64,000 nt of DNA from the human T2T-CHM13v2.0 reference genome, Homo sapiens. Under the pieces are notes generated by a model, which worked only from the letters and a program-made list of their open reading frames with translations, was not told the DNA's origin and searched no databases. Both the position numbers and the translations under genes were made by a program. How positions within the stretch are numbered: position 1 is the first letter of the stretch; every line of letters starts with the position of its first letter. The stretch lies in assembly GCF_009914755.1 (NCBI RefSeq), contig NC_060930.1, one strand, 5' to 3'. Shown here piece after piece: positions 32,890-47,651 of this stretch.

Positions 32890-33711
32890 TCATATATATG
32901 TATATGTACATATACATCATTAAAAAAGTGATACTTGGAAAATCTGGAATATTATCTATACCACCTCTCATTAAGCAACATTATTAAGTTAACAATCACT
33001 TATATTTTGTTTTCTATTTTGAGTATATTAATTTGATATTCAACTACTCTTATTAGAAGTAGTATTTGTAAGTAAAACTAGCAAAATTAAAGATAAATGT
33101 TAATATTCAACAGAATATTTCAGATGTATTTTCACTATAATTAACACTAAAATAATTTCCTTTTATAACTCACAATGTATGTAGTTCTTATTGTGGGATA
33201 ATTAGTCTCTGTCTAGTCACTGAAAATTACTTTGAAATACAGTTTTAAACATTGGAAATAGTGTCCTGAGCTTGTGTGTTATGTTATTTTCTTGTATTTC
33301 AGAAAGATCACTCTCAGTATAACTCTGTGAATGCTTGCAGCTGCACACTTTTGAAAGATCACATAAATGTACATTTGAACGTGTAATCATTCTTGCATAT
33401 GTCAGTACTTTACTTGAAATCTCAACTAAGAAAGGATAAAGCCTTGATAGTCACATATAGCATGAGAGAGAAAAACCATATATTTCTACTAGGCCTCATA
33501 TCATAAAGAGAATAGGTATGGATTGAATACTAATGACATTGGGGACTTCTTTTGAAAGCTCATAACAGATCAACCAGGTTCTGTAAGTTCTTCTGAAGGA
33601 AAACTCCATTTCTAGATAAATATGTCTCCTAGTTTTTACCTATAGTTTTGTATTTCTAATTTTATTTAGTATTTGGGTAATTTAAACATATTTAAACAGT
33701 ACATCTATGTT

Positions 33712-34165
33712 AAAATTTTTTATCCATTCATCTGTTGATGCATAATAGGTTGATTCCATATATTTGCTATTGTGAATAGTACTGAAATGAATGCTTAATA
33801 TGTGGAATCTTAAACGATTCAAGTCATAGCAACAGAGTAGAGTGACTGTTACAGAGGATGGAGGATTTGAGTGGGGGTGGGGGGTGATGATTAATGAATA
33901 CAAAATTTCAGACAGGAGGGAAAAAAATATATATATAGTTCTATGGCACAGCATGGTGAATATAGGTTAATAATAGAGTATTAAATACATTTCAAAATTA
34001 CTAGGAGAGTACATTTCAAATGTTCTCATCACAAACATATTAAATATTTAAGGTGATGGATCTGTTAACTAGTTTGATTTAATTACTCCACATTCTATTT
34101 ATAAATCAAAACATTGCTTTGTACATCATACATTTATAAAAAGTATCGATTTACAATTCAACAAA
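33712..34165 (+). mobile_element. L1MA 3' end with inverted 5' piece
   Basis: 33712-33793 is antisense ORF2-end sequence; 33794-34165 is sense 3'UTR. Confidence 0.7.
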
Positions 34166-37100
34166 TTTCTAACAATATACTGAATAACAAAATGAACTAA
34201 AATTAAATAAAAACATAACATTGGCTCTTAAAATGTCTGAAAGTAGAAAAAATAGTAATAGTTTTAAAAGTAAAACAAAAATAAGTTGTTAACACGTGAG
34301 CAAATTTTTAAGTATGTTATTGTGTGCAATGCTGATTTTCAAATTTTACTACATGATTATAGAACAGAAAACTTTAACTTGGAAAATATAGCCAATTTTT
34401 CATAAGCACTGTAAACATTCCATACTTTCTGGGGCCGAATGAGATAATACATTTTTACTGTCAATAATTGATGTCACAGATATTAACAAAATAGCTCACT
34501 AATAATGGCTTTCCATAAAGACATGTGCACATTTTAACTTTATATTCTAGGTACAATGCTTTTGTTAGTATTACTTCATTGCTCTATAACTATAATGTTT
34601 TTATTAATAAATACAGTAGCATTTGTATACTGTTGATTATTGGTCTTATTTGTACAATTAAATGGCTCAGTCTGCAGAGTTTCTTAAATTGTTTCATTTC
34701 TCAAAAAGTTTCATGTAATTTAGCATATTTTCTCCAAATGCCATTCATTTTACAGGTAGGCAAAATTAAATATATATACATCCACATGCTAAAATTTGTC
34801 ATTTTAGTGACTGCTTATATGTTATTAGACATGTCTATCATCTTGCAAAATGCATAATTTAAAAAATTTGATATTTGTTAATATACTACATTTTCAACTA
34901 CCCAAAGCAATACTAATTTTTCTTTTTTCCCACAAAATTAAAACAATATGACTCAATATTATTTGTTAGTTAATATTTTTCCTATCAGAACTCCATAGCT
35001 AGTGTTCTACTTGATCTTTTTGGCACTGAACTTTAAAAAGAACAAGTCTCATTCTGTAATAATTTTATTTTTATTTTAAAAAATATTTCAGCTCATGATG
35101 TTAAACCAGATACATTGATATTTATTTTATAATTCCAAATGATAATATCAGTTGTTTATATGGATTAGAAATTAGTTTTATATCTTACTTTTGATTATTA
35201 TTTGTTAGCATTTAGTAGCAACATTTATCAATATGGTGGCAGTTCATTGTCGTGACTATTTGTTAATAACATCTTTTATTTTTTCTATTTTTTTTACATT
35301 TAAAATATTCTAAATTCCTTTCTCATATTATAGACTTGACATTTGTAACACTAATCCCATTCTTTACTGATTTTAATGGAGATTATTTTACTATGCCAAT
35401 AGTAAAATAGAGTTACTCTGTTAACTCTACTTTTCTCCAATTTTATTCAAGTGGCTATTCATTTTTACGGTGGTCTCATTTCATAACCTTTTTTTCACAG
35501 TATCTATGCCTTTTTAAGAAAACATTTGTGTCAAGCTAGCTTTCTCATCTCTAGCAGATCTCATAAAGAATTATACTTTTCAGTGTCAATATTAGTTTCT
35601 ATTTTGGTTTATGTTGCAAATTTTTATGGGCTGTATTTGAGCTTTGTATATTAAGTGAATTAATTTGTATGAGCAGAAATCTGAACAATCTAAGTAATTG
35701 CTTACAAAATAGTAGGTTATTTTTATTTTAATCTTCTTGCCATTTCTGTGGCCACTATTAAAATCTTACGTGATCTAAACTCGATTGACTGAATGTTATA
35801 TACGTTTTCCATCAAAGCGATGCACCAGTACTCCTGGAAGAGTTGAAAGATTCTGGAGCGATTGCTTTCTCACCTGCCAAGAATTGAAATGGCACATTTC
35901 CTGTGTGGCTGTGGGCTCCAGTTAGCCTCTGTTCTGTTGCTAGGTTCATGTTGTACACTGCGCAATGCCCTAGCCACAAACTTTGGGGAAGCTAATGGCT
36001 ACCAGATAACAGAAAATCTATCTTCTCAAAAAGAAGTCTGGCCAAATTTTGTGCTTTTTATTTTGCTAAAAATAACTTATGTGAATATCCTGCTTCTGCC
36101 ATTTTGTTTTTAATAATACTTTTTGCCTGTCTCAGTTGCCATATGAAAAAAGCTACTACTTTTTTTTTGCAGGTGATTTTTAAAAAGTCAGAAGCTGTTA
36201 AGTATACCATAAGAAAAAATATCATTTTAAAAACTATTTTTACCATGTATGCTTATAACTATTAAAATTGAAAAGTTAATATCTATTATAGTGAATATTA
36301 TCTAATGCTATATAATGAGAACCCACCTATGCTTCTCTGAAAATATCCTGGCTTACAGATCTATCCAGCTTGAACTTAACTAACATAACTCCAATCATCA
36401 TTCATTTTTGGTGTATAAATAAAAAAGGAACCACATAGCTAAATGGTTTTAAATGTATAATTAATCACTATGGCCTCATTATACTTGATACCTTATGCCA
36501 AGGTAAATACAAGTATGGAAGAATAAACAGGTTGTTAACAGATGAATGGATGGATGAATCCATAATACATAACTTTGTTGAAGCGTATTTAAAAATACCT
36601 AACTTATTGAAAGATTGTTTGAAGCAATAAGCTTAGATCATCCTATAACTTATAACATCTGATTAATTTGCATGTTTACATAGTGTTCATGTAACAAGAG
36701 GTATTCTATTTGTAATGAAATAAAAACACTAAAATATCTTTAAAAGCAAACAAATCTATTTTCCTTCTTTCTTAAACATGTGCATATTTATTGTAAGTGT
36801 TTGATGTTTTCTGGCTATGTTTTTCTATTAAAGGTCTTCCCTGAAAAAAAAGAAAAAAGAATGACATGTAATGGCAGCTTTCAAAGTGATTGTTGATACG
36901 TGGTATCTTTTACAAAATTGAGAAATATATGTTAAAATTTAAAACATCAAATAAACCCTTTGAGGATTGTGTTTAAATTTGTGTTATTTTCTGCTACATT
37001 TTGTGGCCTAATTATGTGAAATTTTACTCTGCAATTGTATTTTGCAGCTATTTTACTATGAATAATTTGCATTTTTTTCTATTTTCCATGGAATTTAAAT

Positions 37101-40100
37101 TAAAGACAATCAACTTTTCATTTATGAGAGCAGGGCAGTATCACCTTTACATTGTAGCAAAAATAACAAAAGATAGAGAAATCACTTAGTTTTCTGAGAA
37201 ATGCAAAAAATGTATCTTTCCTCTCTTGCATTTTTGGATGCTGTTTTATAATGCTTTTTACATTTAGTCAGCATTTTTGAAAATTGTATAGATTAGAAAT
37301 CTTTTAAGAAGTGCCCTAACAGCAAGAAAAGCCATGCTATCTTCTATTCATAAAAAAGATCATTTTGGAAAGGTACTTTCCTTCAGCAGCTTTTGGAGGC
37401 TGTTTATATAATGTAGCTGCAAAATAACATTTTCAGATAAATTTTAAAAACTACAAAAATATAAATTGTATAGTGTCAACAAATATGACTGTATTAAATG
37501 ATAGAAAATGTCCTAAGTGTACAAATCGAGAAATATTACTGTCATATCACATTGAATTATAAATGCAGAGCTAACCTGGTATCTGTTAGAAAGAGAATGG
37601 AATTTGACAACTATATCATTTAACTTATAATGGTATAAAAAATCAGGAGAAAAAGTTCCCCAGGTATTGTAGGAACTTACACAACTTTTATCAGTATTCT
37701 GGAGGGTGACCAAATTGGTAGTTCACTGATTATTTTGGCCTTCACCCATCGTGAGGTTGCCTAGGTTAACACCAAAATTTTTCTGGGTTAGCAAAGCTAC
37801 TAGGTCACAGGAGGGAAATTCTAACCAATCACTTCCATACTATGCCTTAAAAAATCTAAACACAGAAATTATGTTAGAATTTGCAGCCAGAAAATTAATT
37901 CTGATTGAAAATGTGTCATTTTCATACTTAGACCTGTTCATTTTAATCTCTATTCTCATTTACTCTCATTTAGTTATTTCTCAGTTGCTTGATAATTAAA
38001 ATAATTATACAGTATGCATATATCACACTTCCAAATTAAGCTGGCCTTTTATACATTATCTCAATCTCTGCCAAATGTAGACTTGTCTTTCTCTCACTTC
38101 TTTCTTGTTTACAGTTACCTTGCATTTCATGGAGTGTTGGAAGACTCAGTTTCATCCCATTCATCTTTCAAGGATCAGCTCAAATATTACATTTTCTAAT
38201 AACACAGGCAAAAGTCATTGACTATCCATCAAGACAGATTCTTGATTAAATTTTTAAAAATACATTTCTACATGTGTTGAATTAAAAATCAGGACCTGTA
38301 ACCCACAGAAATATACATATATCTTCAAAATTTAACATGTGATGTCTTTAATGTTGATAAAACTATATTATCCATGTACATAAGTTATAGAAATGAATAC
38401 CAAAAATTCTACCCAAAGAATAACAGTAATTCTTTCTTTGAGAGTACTAAAAATGTTCTGAATAAAAAGGGAAGAAAAACAAGCTATCAAAATAAAGTCT
38501 CAGTGATATGCCACTTAGTTATGCTGTGTAAATTCACATTAAAATTAAAAACCCACACTTTAAAATTATCTGTGGTCTTGGGCTGCTTGATATTTGATTT
38601 AAAAGCAGTTAATTGAAGAGTAGTAATTTTAAAAGTAGTGAATGGGGTTTTAGTTTTGTATTTGTTCATTTGTATGGGTGCTGTATTGTTGATTGATTTC
38701 TTAATGGGATTCTTTTAACTTCAATGGGAATGTGTAAGAAAATTAAATTACGTAAAGCCGGGAGCAGCTTATAAAAGTCTTGGGCTCAGTAGTGTTATCA
38801 CCTTATATTAATATATTGGATTTCCCGCAGGAAGCTCAAGATCCTTTCAGTATTTATCCTAATAGTAAAGTAGGGCAGGTATACAGAGGGGAAATAGAAT
38901 GTCTATACACCAATAATGGGAAAATTGAAAAAAAATAAGATATTTCATATTTAGATGAAACAGAATCAGAAACCAGGTCTCCTTTAGCTACTTTGGTACA
39001 GAATGAATGGTGCTCACACCTATAATTTTACTACCATTTACTATGGACCACTCCACAGTGTAGAAATGGGCTCAGCATAAATGCTAAACATATCATTACA
39101 AATACTTCATGTTATGATGAATATATTTGGTCATTTCCCTTGGGGTCACTTCCCAAGATGGTTATTTTATAACACTTTAATATAAATGCTTAACCTTTAA
39201 AAATGTAGTTCTTTTGGAGAAAATCCCAGATGTGCATACAATTAGAACCAACATCAAATATTTTGTGTTGCCAGATCACTAATTAAATTCCTGCACATAA
39301 CCTTTTCCTTCCTGAAATGCAACATTTAGTAAATTATTTTATAATTATGCAAACAATGTTTTGTATAGCTTTTGCATTTTAATGAGTTTGGGAGAAACCA
39401 ATTTAGAATTAAATCAGATTCTGAAAAAAAACGAAACAAAACGTGTTGTACTAAAGAGCTGCCATCTAATTATAATAACACACACTACTTTCCATGAGTC
39501 TGTAATTCCTTTGCCATTTAAAAAGTCACAAATTTTCTGCTTAATTTTTGTTTTTTTGCCTTTTTATGGGAAGATGTTTAAATATTTAAATTCACAAAGG
39601 ACTCATAAGAATCTTCCAAAGTGAAGAAAAACTGTTCTGTCTCCCATAACCTTTTCTTTTATATTACCTTTCAAAAAAGTTTCTAGAGCTCCTATATTCT
39701 ATTTGGTTAGATTAGCCTTCGGTACACTCAAAGTCCAGGGATCAAAGTAGGCAAAAATATAATGCCCAACTTTATTTCCCTGATTTCATCAATAATTTCA
39801 TCAGACATTATATAGAACAGTATTCTACTAATAGGACTAAATATGCATTAGTTGTTAAATAAAATGAAAATTATGTAGCAGAATAATTATCTTGAAATAT
39901 TGGACTTTTTAAATTCGTTAAATATCTTTAGCCCTCTTTCTATTTCCTGTTTTTCAGAATGTAAGGAGTATAAATGGACCTGTAGGAAATGACAAACTTA
40001 TGTCTGAGGGACAAACATATTGACAAACATATTATGTCTGAGGGAATCCTATAAATAAAGAACTGGAGTGAATAGCTGAAGTTCTGACAAAAAATATGGG

Positions 40101-40399
40101 AAATATTTGGTATTATAGCTGTCTGAGTCTTCCACTGAATTCTTTGTACCATGGTGTGCTTTAAAAAAATATAGGAATGGACAAAGAGGAGTCAAAGTTA
40201 TTATAGGACTAAGAATACGAGATAGATACAAACAAACACATATGTATATATGTGTTCATAGATACAAGCACACACATGTGTATTTGGTAGAGTTCTTTCA
40301 TTTTACTTAATTAAAATTGACCTCCTACCATCAAACATCTTTTAAGTATAAAGGTGAAAGAAAGAGGTAATTAGAGAATGGAGAATTCAACACACGAGA

Positions 40400-43330
40400 G
40401 CTGCTTAAAAAGTTACCATACATATGGCAAAAGACACTAGTTGGAATTTCACAAATGTAGGAGATAAATAAGGGCAATAAAATAGTACAATGTGAGTAAA
40501 TCTAATATTGGATGTATAAAATGATAACAATGTCTCCTGCTATTTTAAAGATATATGGAATAATACATATGCACATATATGTGAAGGGGATTAAATGTGG
40601 TTAAATATTTATGACTTTTACCTTGTCTGGAACGTGTAACAAGTACCAATTTCTATTAAAATATGGTAAGCTAATTAAAAGTATTGCAATCCCTAGGTTA
40701 AGCACTTAAAGAGTAGTAAAGGTAAGTGTTAATATCAATAAAGGGGAAATTGGACAGACAAAATAATCAATTGAAAAGAATACATAAAAAGGAAAAATAT
40801 AACATAGAATGGATGAAACAAATAAAAAACAAATAGTGTTGGCATATATTTAAACCTTAATATAAACTAACTACATAAAATGAAAGTAGGTGAAGTCTCC
40901 AAATAAAAGATAAAGGCAAAAGTAGTATCCCATAAATAGATTTAAATAAGAAAATATGTTTATTTTATACAAATATGGATTAAAATAAGAAACTTTTAAG
41001 TATATGCTAAATAATATAGCTCAAAATTTAAAAGGTAAAATTTTAGAACTACTTGAAACTTATTAAAACCAACTGGCATGAGGACCTCTAACTCATTTAT
41101 ATTGGGTTTGTGTGTATGTATATACATTTATGTTTATTATAAATAGATGTAAATGTTATATAGTCAAATTTCCAACATTTAGCTACACTTTAAAACCACA
41201 TGGGAGTATGGTATATAGATTGAAACACTGAGTTTTTTCTTGAGGACTACTCCCAAATATGTGGATATGTTATATTTGAGGTGGCATCAAAATACTGCTT
41301 TCGGAAAAATGTATTCAGATAATTCTTACCCCCAGCCTGATATATATACCACAGAAAAAGACATTTTGAAGTATATGCGTAAGGTAAATTTCTTCCAAAT
41401 ATCCAAACACTATTCAAAAATTATCACATGCTAAGCCAAGCATAACAGATGAGTCATAGGAATCCAACATTCCTAACTCCTTCCTAAATTCACACATTAC
41501 TAACAAATCATAGCAGTATTTCTGCCAAACTTTAGGAATTTTTCTCAGCACACTTCCTTTCAGTCCTCTTGGTAGGTGCTAGAAATTCTCTACAATTGGA
41601 AGAATAATAAGAAATAATTTTACATTTCTGTATTTTTCAAAAAAATTAAGAGCAAAAATATACCAAAAAGCAATGATTAGTAATCATATTCTTTATTAAT
41701 GATACATTAACACTGAAAATTAGTACCAAAAGAGTAAAAAGTATTGCCAAGTAAATTTAGAAGTCTTTTCTTTCAAATGCCATATTTACTCATAAATGGA
41801 AATGAAAATCAAGTCTGAAATCTATTTAGAAAATAGTACAAATAAGAAACTTTAATTTAATATTTTTAGAATACAGGCAAAGCAATACCCAAAGTATTTG
41901 TAGCTCCAAACTTGTTATTATTAAACAACAGACAGAATAAAAAATTGACTAAGGGTTAACAAAACATCAAAAATTAAAGAACACAAAGAACAAAGCATTG
42001 TAAAGTTTAGTAAAGATGGAGAAAGGACTCTGTCATTAAACATATAAAGTATTAAACAAAAATCAGAGAAAACCTTGAGAATAAATCTATGAAAATAAGT
42101 TCTTGAAAATAACAATGATATGCAGAAAAGTCTAACTATTATAAGAGAAAATACAAAAGATGAAAAAAATTGATTTTGATTTTATGACTATATTTTTTTC
42201 TCATGTTTTATTAGTTTTTGATTGGAACAGCTAGAATTTTGCATATCATTGAATTGTTATTCTATGACAATTATACTTTTAAATGTGAATATTATAAGTA
42301 ACTCCAGTAATATACATTAGCAAATTCTTAGCAAATCCTAAGGAATTTTTAAAATGTTTGCAACCATTATGATTTATCTCACTTTATTTAAAACATTTTA
42401 GAGTTTAGAGTCAGAAATACTTTCCATATCTTTGTATAAAGTCAGCACAAGATTGTAAGGCCATAAACAAAACTTCTAATAAACGCATCTAAAAGACCAA
42501 AATTGTTAGTGCATCAGTGTGTGCAATTTGCAAAATCTTTAAAAATTATGAAAGTAAAATGTCAGTTTATTAAACAGCTGTTGTGCTAAATTATTACTTC
42601 CCCTTCTATTTCTATTTAATGTGTTTTAATTAGAAATGATATCATCTTATTTATCATCTCCTTAATATCAAGCCATCACCATGTTTAATGATAGTGAAAT
42701 CTAAAGTCCTTTGAAATTCAGGAAGAAAAAAAATGGGTGTTTACTCTCACCATTAATATTGTACTTTGTCTTAGAAATTTGATCAAATGGTATTAAACAA
42801 CAACATAATATTAGTTAAGTAAATAATAAAAAGAAAATAAAAACTACCTTTATTTGCAGATGTAATTCTCTCTAGAAATAATAAGAAAAGTTGTATCTTT
42901 AAATTATAAAGCACTACAGCAACTAAGTAAGATACACTTCTCAGGAAAACATGGTTAAAGAGCCTGTAAAAATTTCACATTGTAAGCACTCAATCTTTTT
43001 TTGCTGCTGCAAGAAGTGAAAATCAAAATGAGATATAATCTGATATGTTAAGAGTGGAGGAAAGTCAAAACCATAATGATTAATAATTGGCATAGTGAAT
43101 GTGTAAACCAAATGGTCCTCCTGCACACTGTTGGTTGAAGTGTAAATGAGGACAGAGAATTTGGTTGTACCAAATCAACAACCACTCACATGTTTTTTTT
43201 GATTTAGCAATTTTCTTCAAGTTAGGTACATGCAGTTACATAAATACTTCGAAGCCATAAAAAGTGAGGTTGTATATTTATCTTATTGATATACACTGAT
43301 GGTCAACATTCATGTGTTATTTTAAAAAAA
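40400..43330 (+). mobile_element. Highly decayed L1ME-type fragments
   Basis: A-rich remnants with ORF2-like snippets (e.g. 42680-42880, 43100-43160); boundaries approximate. Confidence 0.4.
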
Positions 43331-45424
43331 GGAGGTTATAAACATATGTACATGAAATCCACTGTTAACCTTTCATAAGGGAGGTTGTTCTTTCCATGAC
43401 ATGAATGGGTAGGAAGTTGACAAAAACTAAAGGAAAATGCTCCAGGAGGTCATCTCTGGGAATTTAGGGATGAATACTCCTTGAGACAGATCAGCTCTGT
43501 GGAGACTCATCTTTGGAGTCTACTAAAAGAGTTATGTTGCTTCAAAGATGAGGCTCATTTTCATGAAGAACTAAATTCTCAGTACATCGAAAGAGTAGGA
43601 TCCTGCTTCTACCTACATCAGAGAACTTAAGCCACTAGCTGAGTGGTTTAAGAGCCAGTATGTCAGAATATAGTGCAGAGTGATGAAATTGAGCTTGACG
43701 TGATCCTACAATATGTCTTGAAAGCCCTGAGCAGATACAAAAGGTTAATGGAATTTTTATGAAGAGAGGGATGTACATGCAGCTCCATGAGAGACAGAAT
43801 ATACTGGGATAAGTGATACCAACAAAAAAACATAGTGAATTTAAGGCACAACCCCGGTGACTAAAAACAAAATATTTTCTGAAGGAAGACTACAATATCA
43901 TGGCGAATTTTGGGGAAAACCATAAATACAAGCAACGGGCTTATATAATATCTCCTACTTTCTCCTCTTAGGCATAAATTACAAAAGAAAATATATACAA
44001 AATAAAAGCAATTACATAAGATATAAAATCAATGTTATTTGTGCATTGGTGTTTTTAAAAGATCAGAACACAAAATAGGCTACACTATAAATTTGTTTTC
44101 TGTAAAACTATCCATGAGGTCTTAACAGAATTGGTGATTATAAGGGCTAGGTTAATTAAATGTCTATTCAAAGTATAGAGACTGGAATGTCGAAGGAAGC
44201 AATCAAGGGTAAAAATCTTACTAACTGGGTCAGTTTTGAACACCCAACATGAAGTAGTTCAATTCTAATGTGGACGAGATAGTCTTGGGCAGTGTGATCA
44301 CTCCAGTGAGTGTTCTAGAAGTACGAAGGCACCTAGAAGTTTCTCTCTTTGTATATAACTCCTTTGTATATAAAGTACCCCCTTTAGGTACTTGTAGACT
44401 GCTTTGGGGAAAATGAAATTATAACCTGAAGGAATATAGTACAACAGTGAAAATAAGGCATCAATAACTGGCACTGTACAGTGGGAGCTAGGTTCCAGCT
44501 GAAATGCAAACGTGGTTGAAACATACTAGTACACTTCTACAGAAATAAAAATTAGCAGACAAGGAAAGGAAAGGGGCCTATGGAAAAGAAATTAATCCTG
44601 GAATTTAAACAGTTTTGTGTTGCCAAGGTAACTTAGACCTAAAAATAGAATAAAGTTGTCTGGTTGGCATTTTGGAGAACAGAGTCATAAAGATTTGCAA
44701 GTCAAATTTATAATATATAAGATTGTATCAGAAAAGGAGTTTGCTTTAGGATAGCAGCCTCATGGAAATTAGATGAAAACTAGCAAGTCTATCAATAAGG
44801 CTTATCTCAGTCTCATCTCAAACAGGAAACGGCTGGGCTTGATATTGTCTAAGAACTTGAATCCTATTGGTTAAAGGAGAACTTCCTAGACTTCTCTGGT
44901 AATCAAGACAATCATAAGAAAAGTAAGATGAGAAGATGGTTACTCAAATCAAGAAGGACGATAAACTTGCATGGTCTTATTTTGACCATGTAAAAATTTT
45001 AGACAATACTAGTGCTGAAAGTGTCAAAAGGATGAGGGAAGAATATTAACTAAAAAAAAAAAATCAATTTTGAGTTCATTACTAAAATATTATAGATATA
45101 AATAACACTGGAATTGCAAAAAGGTTATAACCTGAAAAAACACATTCTTTGAAATTATTTCCAGAGTTAAAAATATTTGGAGAGTTTCAGAAAATTGATT
45201 GGAATCAGTTTTAAATCCTGTAGGATTCACTCAAGCATATGGCCTTACCAAATGAATGTATCAGCTTCTTCAAGAACTCCAGAGATTAGTGGTTTTCTGC
45301 AGAGAAGATTGGACTAGCTGCTTTCCTCATGCTGTGTTTCATGGTAGTTCACACTCAGAAGTGAATTTTACATCTTAGGATCCATACAACTCCTCTTCAT
45401 TAACATAATTTACTGGGTTTAGAA

Positions 45425-45586
45425 CAGTTTTCTTAAAGTGGTTCACAGATCAGCAGTGTAAGGATCACCCCAGACATGCTGGACGCTAGAGCTACCAACT
45501 GAGAAACTCCTAACGTGGGGCCAATAACTGGTGTTGTAACAAGACCTCCAGGTGATTCTACTAACATAACGTTTGTGATCCTCTGG
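45425..45586. mobile_element. MER5A (hAT-Charlie)
   Basis: CAGTTTTCTTAAAGTGGTTC...AACAAGACCTCCAGGTGATTCT. Confidence 0.7.
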
Positions 45587-45754
45587 GCTGGAGATACAGA
45601 GACTGACATTTAATCTGGAAATTTGACCGTAAGGCTAATACTTCCAAAAATGTGATGGGGATCAGGGAAATAAAAGGTGATTATACTTGATATAAAAAGC
45701 CATGGTTACGTTGTTTTTAAAATGTTAACAAATGCCTTCAGAAAGCACATGAGT

Positions 45755-45973
45755 TTGGAGACGGAGGGAGAGAAAGCAAATGGAGGGGGGAAAAGAGACA
45801 GCAAGGAGAAATCAAATGGAAAGGGAGAAAGGGAAGGAGGAGGATCATATGATGGGGAGAGAAACCAGGTGGAAACGGAGAAATCAGATGGGAAGAATTC
45901 AAGATGAAGGGAGATACAACTAACAGAAGGAACCAGATAGAGGAAGAGAAGGGGGCTGGAGAGAAAGAGGGGC
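45755..45973. repeat. GA-rich low-complexity tract
   Basis: Purine-rich on the + strand. Confidence 0.8.
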
Positions 45974-47651
45974 ATCTACTTTAAACTGCCCCCAAAAGAT
46001 TCCACTTTTTGTGGGATTAACTCTGCATCCCTGGGAAAGTTTAGGCAGATCAGTTCCTTTACTTCTCACTGTGTGAAGAGTTTAGAAGTAGGACTGAACT
46101 GAGGAAAGCCAGAGGATTTTTTATAATTCAGTGGAAAGAAAAAGACACAATAGAAAATACAGGCCTTGCTTATAATATGGGCCTGTGAAGCTTGTGTTGG
46201 GTTTAATTTGAAAAGTGAAAGAAACATAATAGTGTTTAACCCCACCTGGAGAAGTAGGCCATACCAATTTTATATTATATTCCAGTAATAAGTATTATGT
46301 ATATATGTGGTAAAACTATATAGTTTATACACAATATATATTTAATGATCATATAACGTACAACCAATATAGAGTTGATATAAAAATAATAGATGATTCA
46401 TTGATCATGTTTGCAAATACACATATGTATTTAGCCATGCAAAAGGATTATGGCAAATTACATATTCTGTTAGTAATGGCATTATGCAGAGTTAAATTCA
46501 TTCTTTATTTTATGTAAAATTACTGCTTAACTATATATTTACTGATATTTGGAAGATTGTTAAAGAAATGATATATATCTATTTTCTAAGACAGACACCT
46601 ATATTTTAACAATGCTAGCACATTTATGCAATTTTATTTTTACTTAGAATATGTTTGAATGTGAAGTAATATGACCAACTTTTTAGCAAGCTTACCAGAA
46701 TTTTTGCGCTCAAATTTATTTTTGCCTTAAAAAAGCTAATCTGGATGGCTATACATTTATTCCAATGATATCACCATTTCCATTTTTGGAATTTATCTTT
46801 AAATTGCTTCCAAAACCTTCAACATATTACTTTAAATACCAAGCAGGGAAAATATTTTTCATGTTACGATGAAAATCCAAATAACTTTTCGAATTGGGTC
46901 TGCTTAATAAAATGGAAAATCCAACTGGACAAAACTTAAATAATTTTGTTTTATAAGTGATAATGTAATTGTTTTTCTGTATGGCCACTGTTCTGATTTT
47001 ATAAGGTAATGATAATAAGTTTGAAATTACTATAAATAATTATATCAATGTAAGACCAATCATAAAAATGTCAGGTAATTAAATTTGAATGCTTAATTTC
47101 TGATATTTAACCTTAAAAGCTGCCTTATTACTACACTGAATCTTGTTCTCTATGACTGTACAGAGAATATAGTATGTTTGTGACTTCACTTTTTCTTAAA
47201 TGTTATTAACGTCACGGCATCAAACTGACCTAGACAATACTGAAACCAAATTTTATTCTTAAACTAGAAAAAATTGTCACTCCATGTGCTTATGCAGCCA
47301 AACAAAAGGTTGAAATGCAGTACTAAGCTGTTTAGGCAAAATTATTTGGAGCTTATGGCTGCCTGTTTTTCCCTTCAGACCTTTGACATATACCATCATA
47401 TTCCCAATGCTTCAGCCTGACCTTATTAGTCTTATTTGCATGAGCAAGGCTGTGTAGTCAGATTAAATTGCCCAAAGAAGCAATCCTATTATTCAAGTGA
47501 ATGCATTTTTTTTTTACTTTGCCAAATAAGAAATGAGACAACAATACCAATCAATAGACACATTTGAGATATATTTGAGATATATCAAATAAATATATTA
47601 ACAACATTATTTACTAGAAAATTTAATTTATCAGGAAAAAAAAAAACTTGC

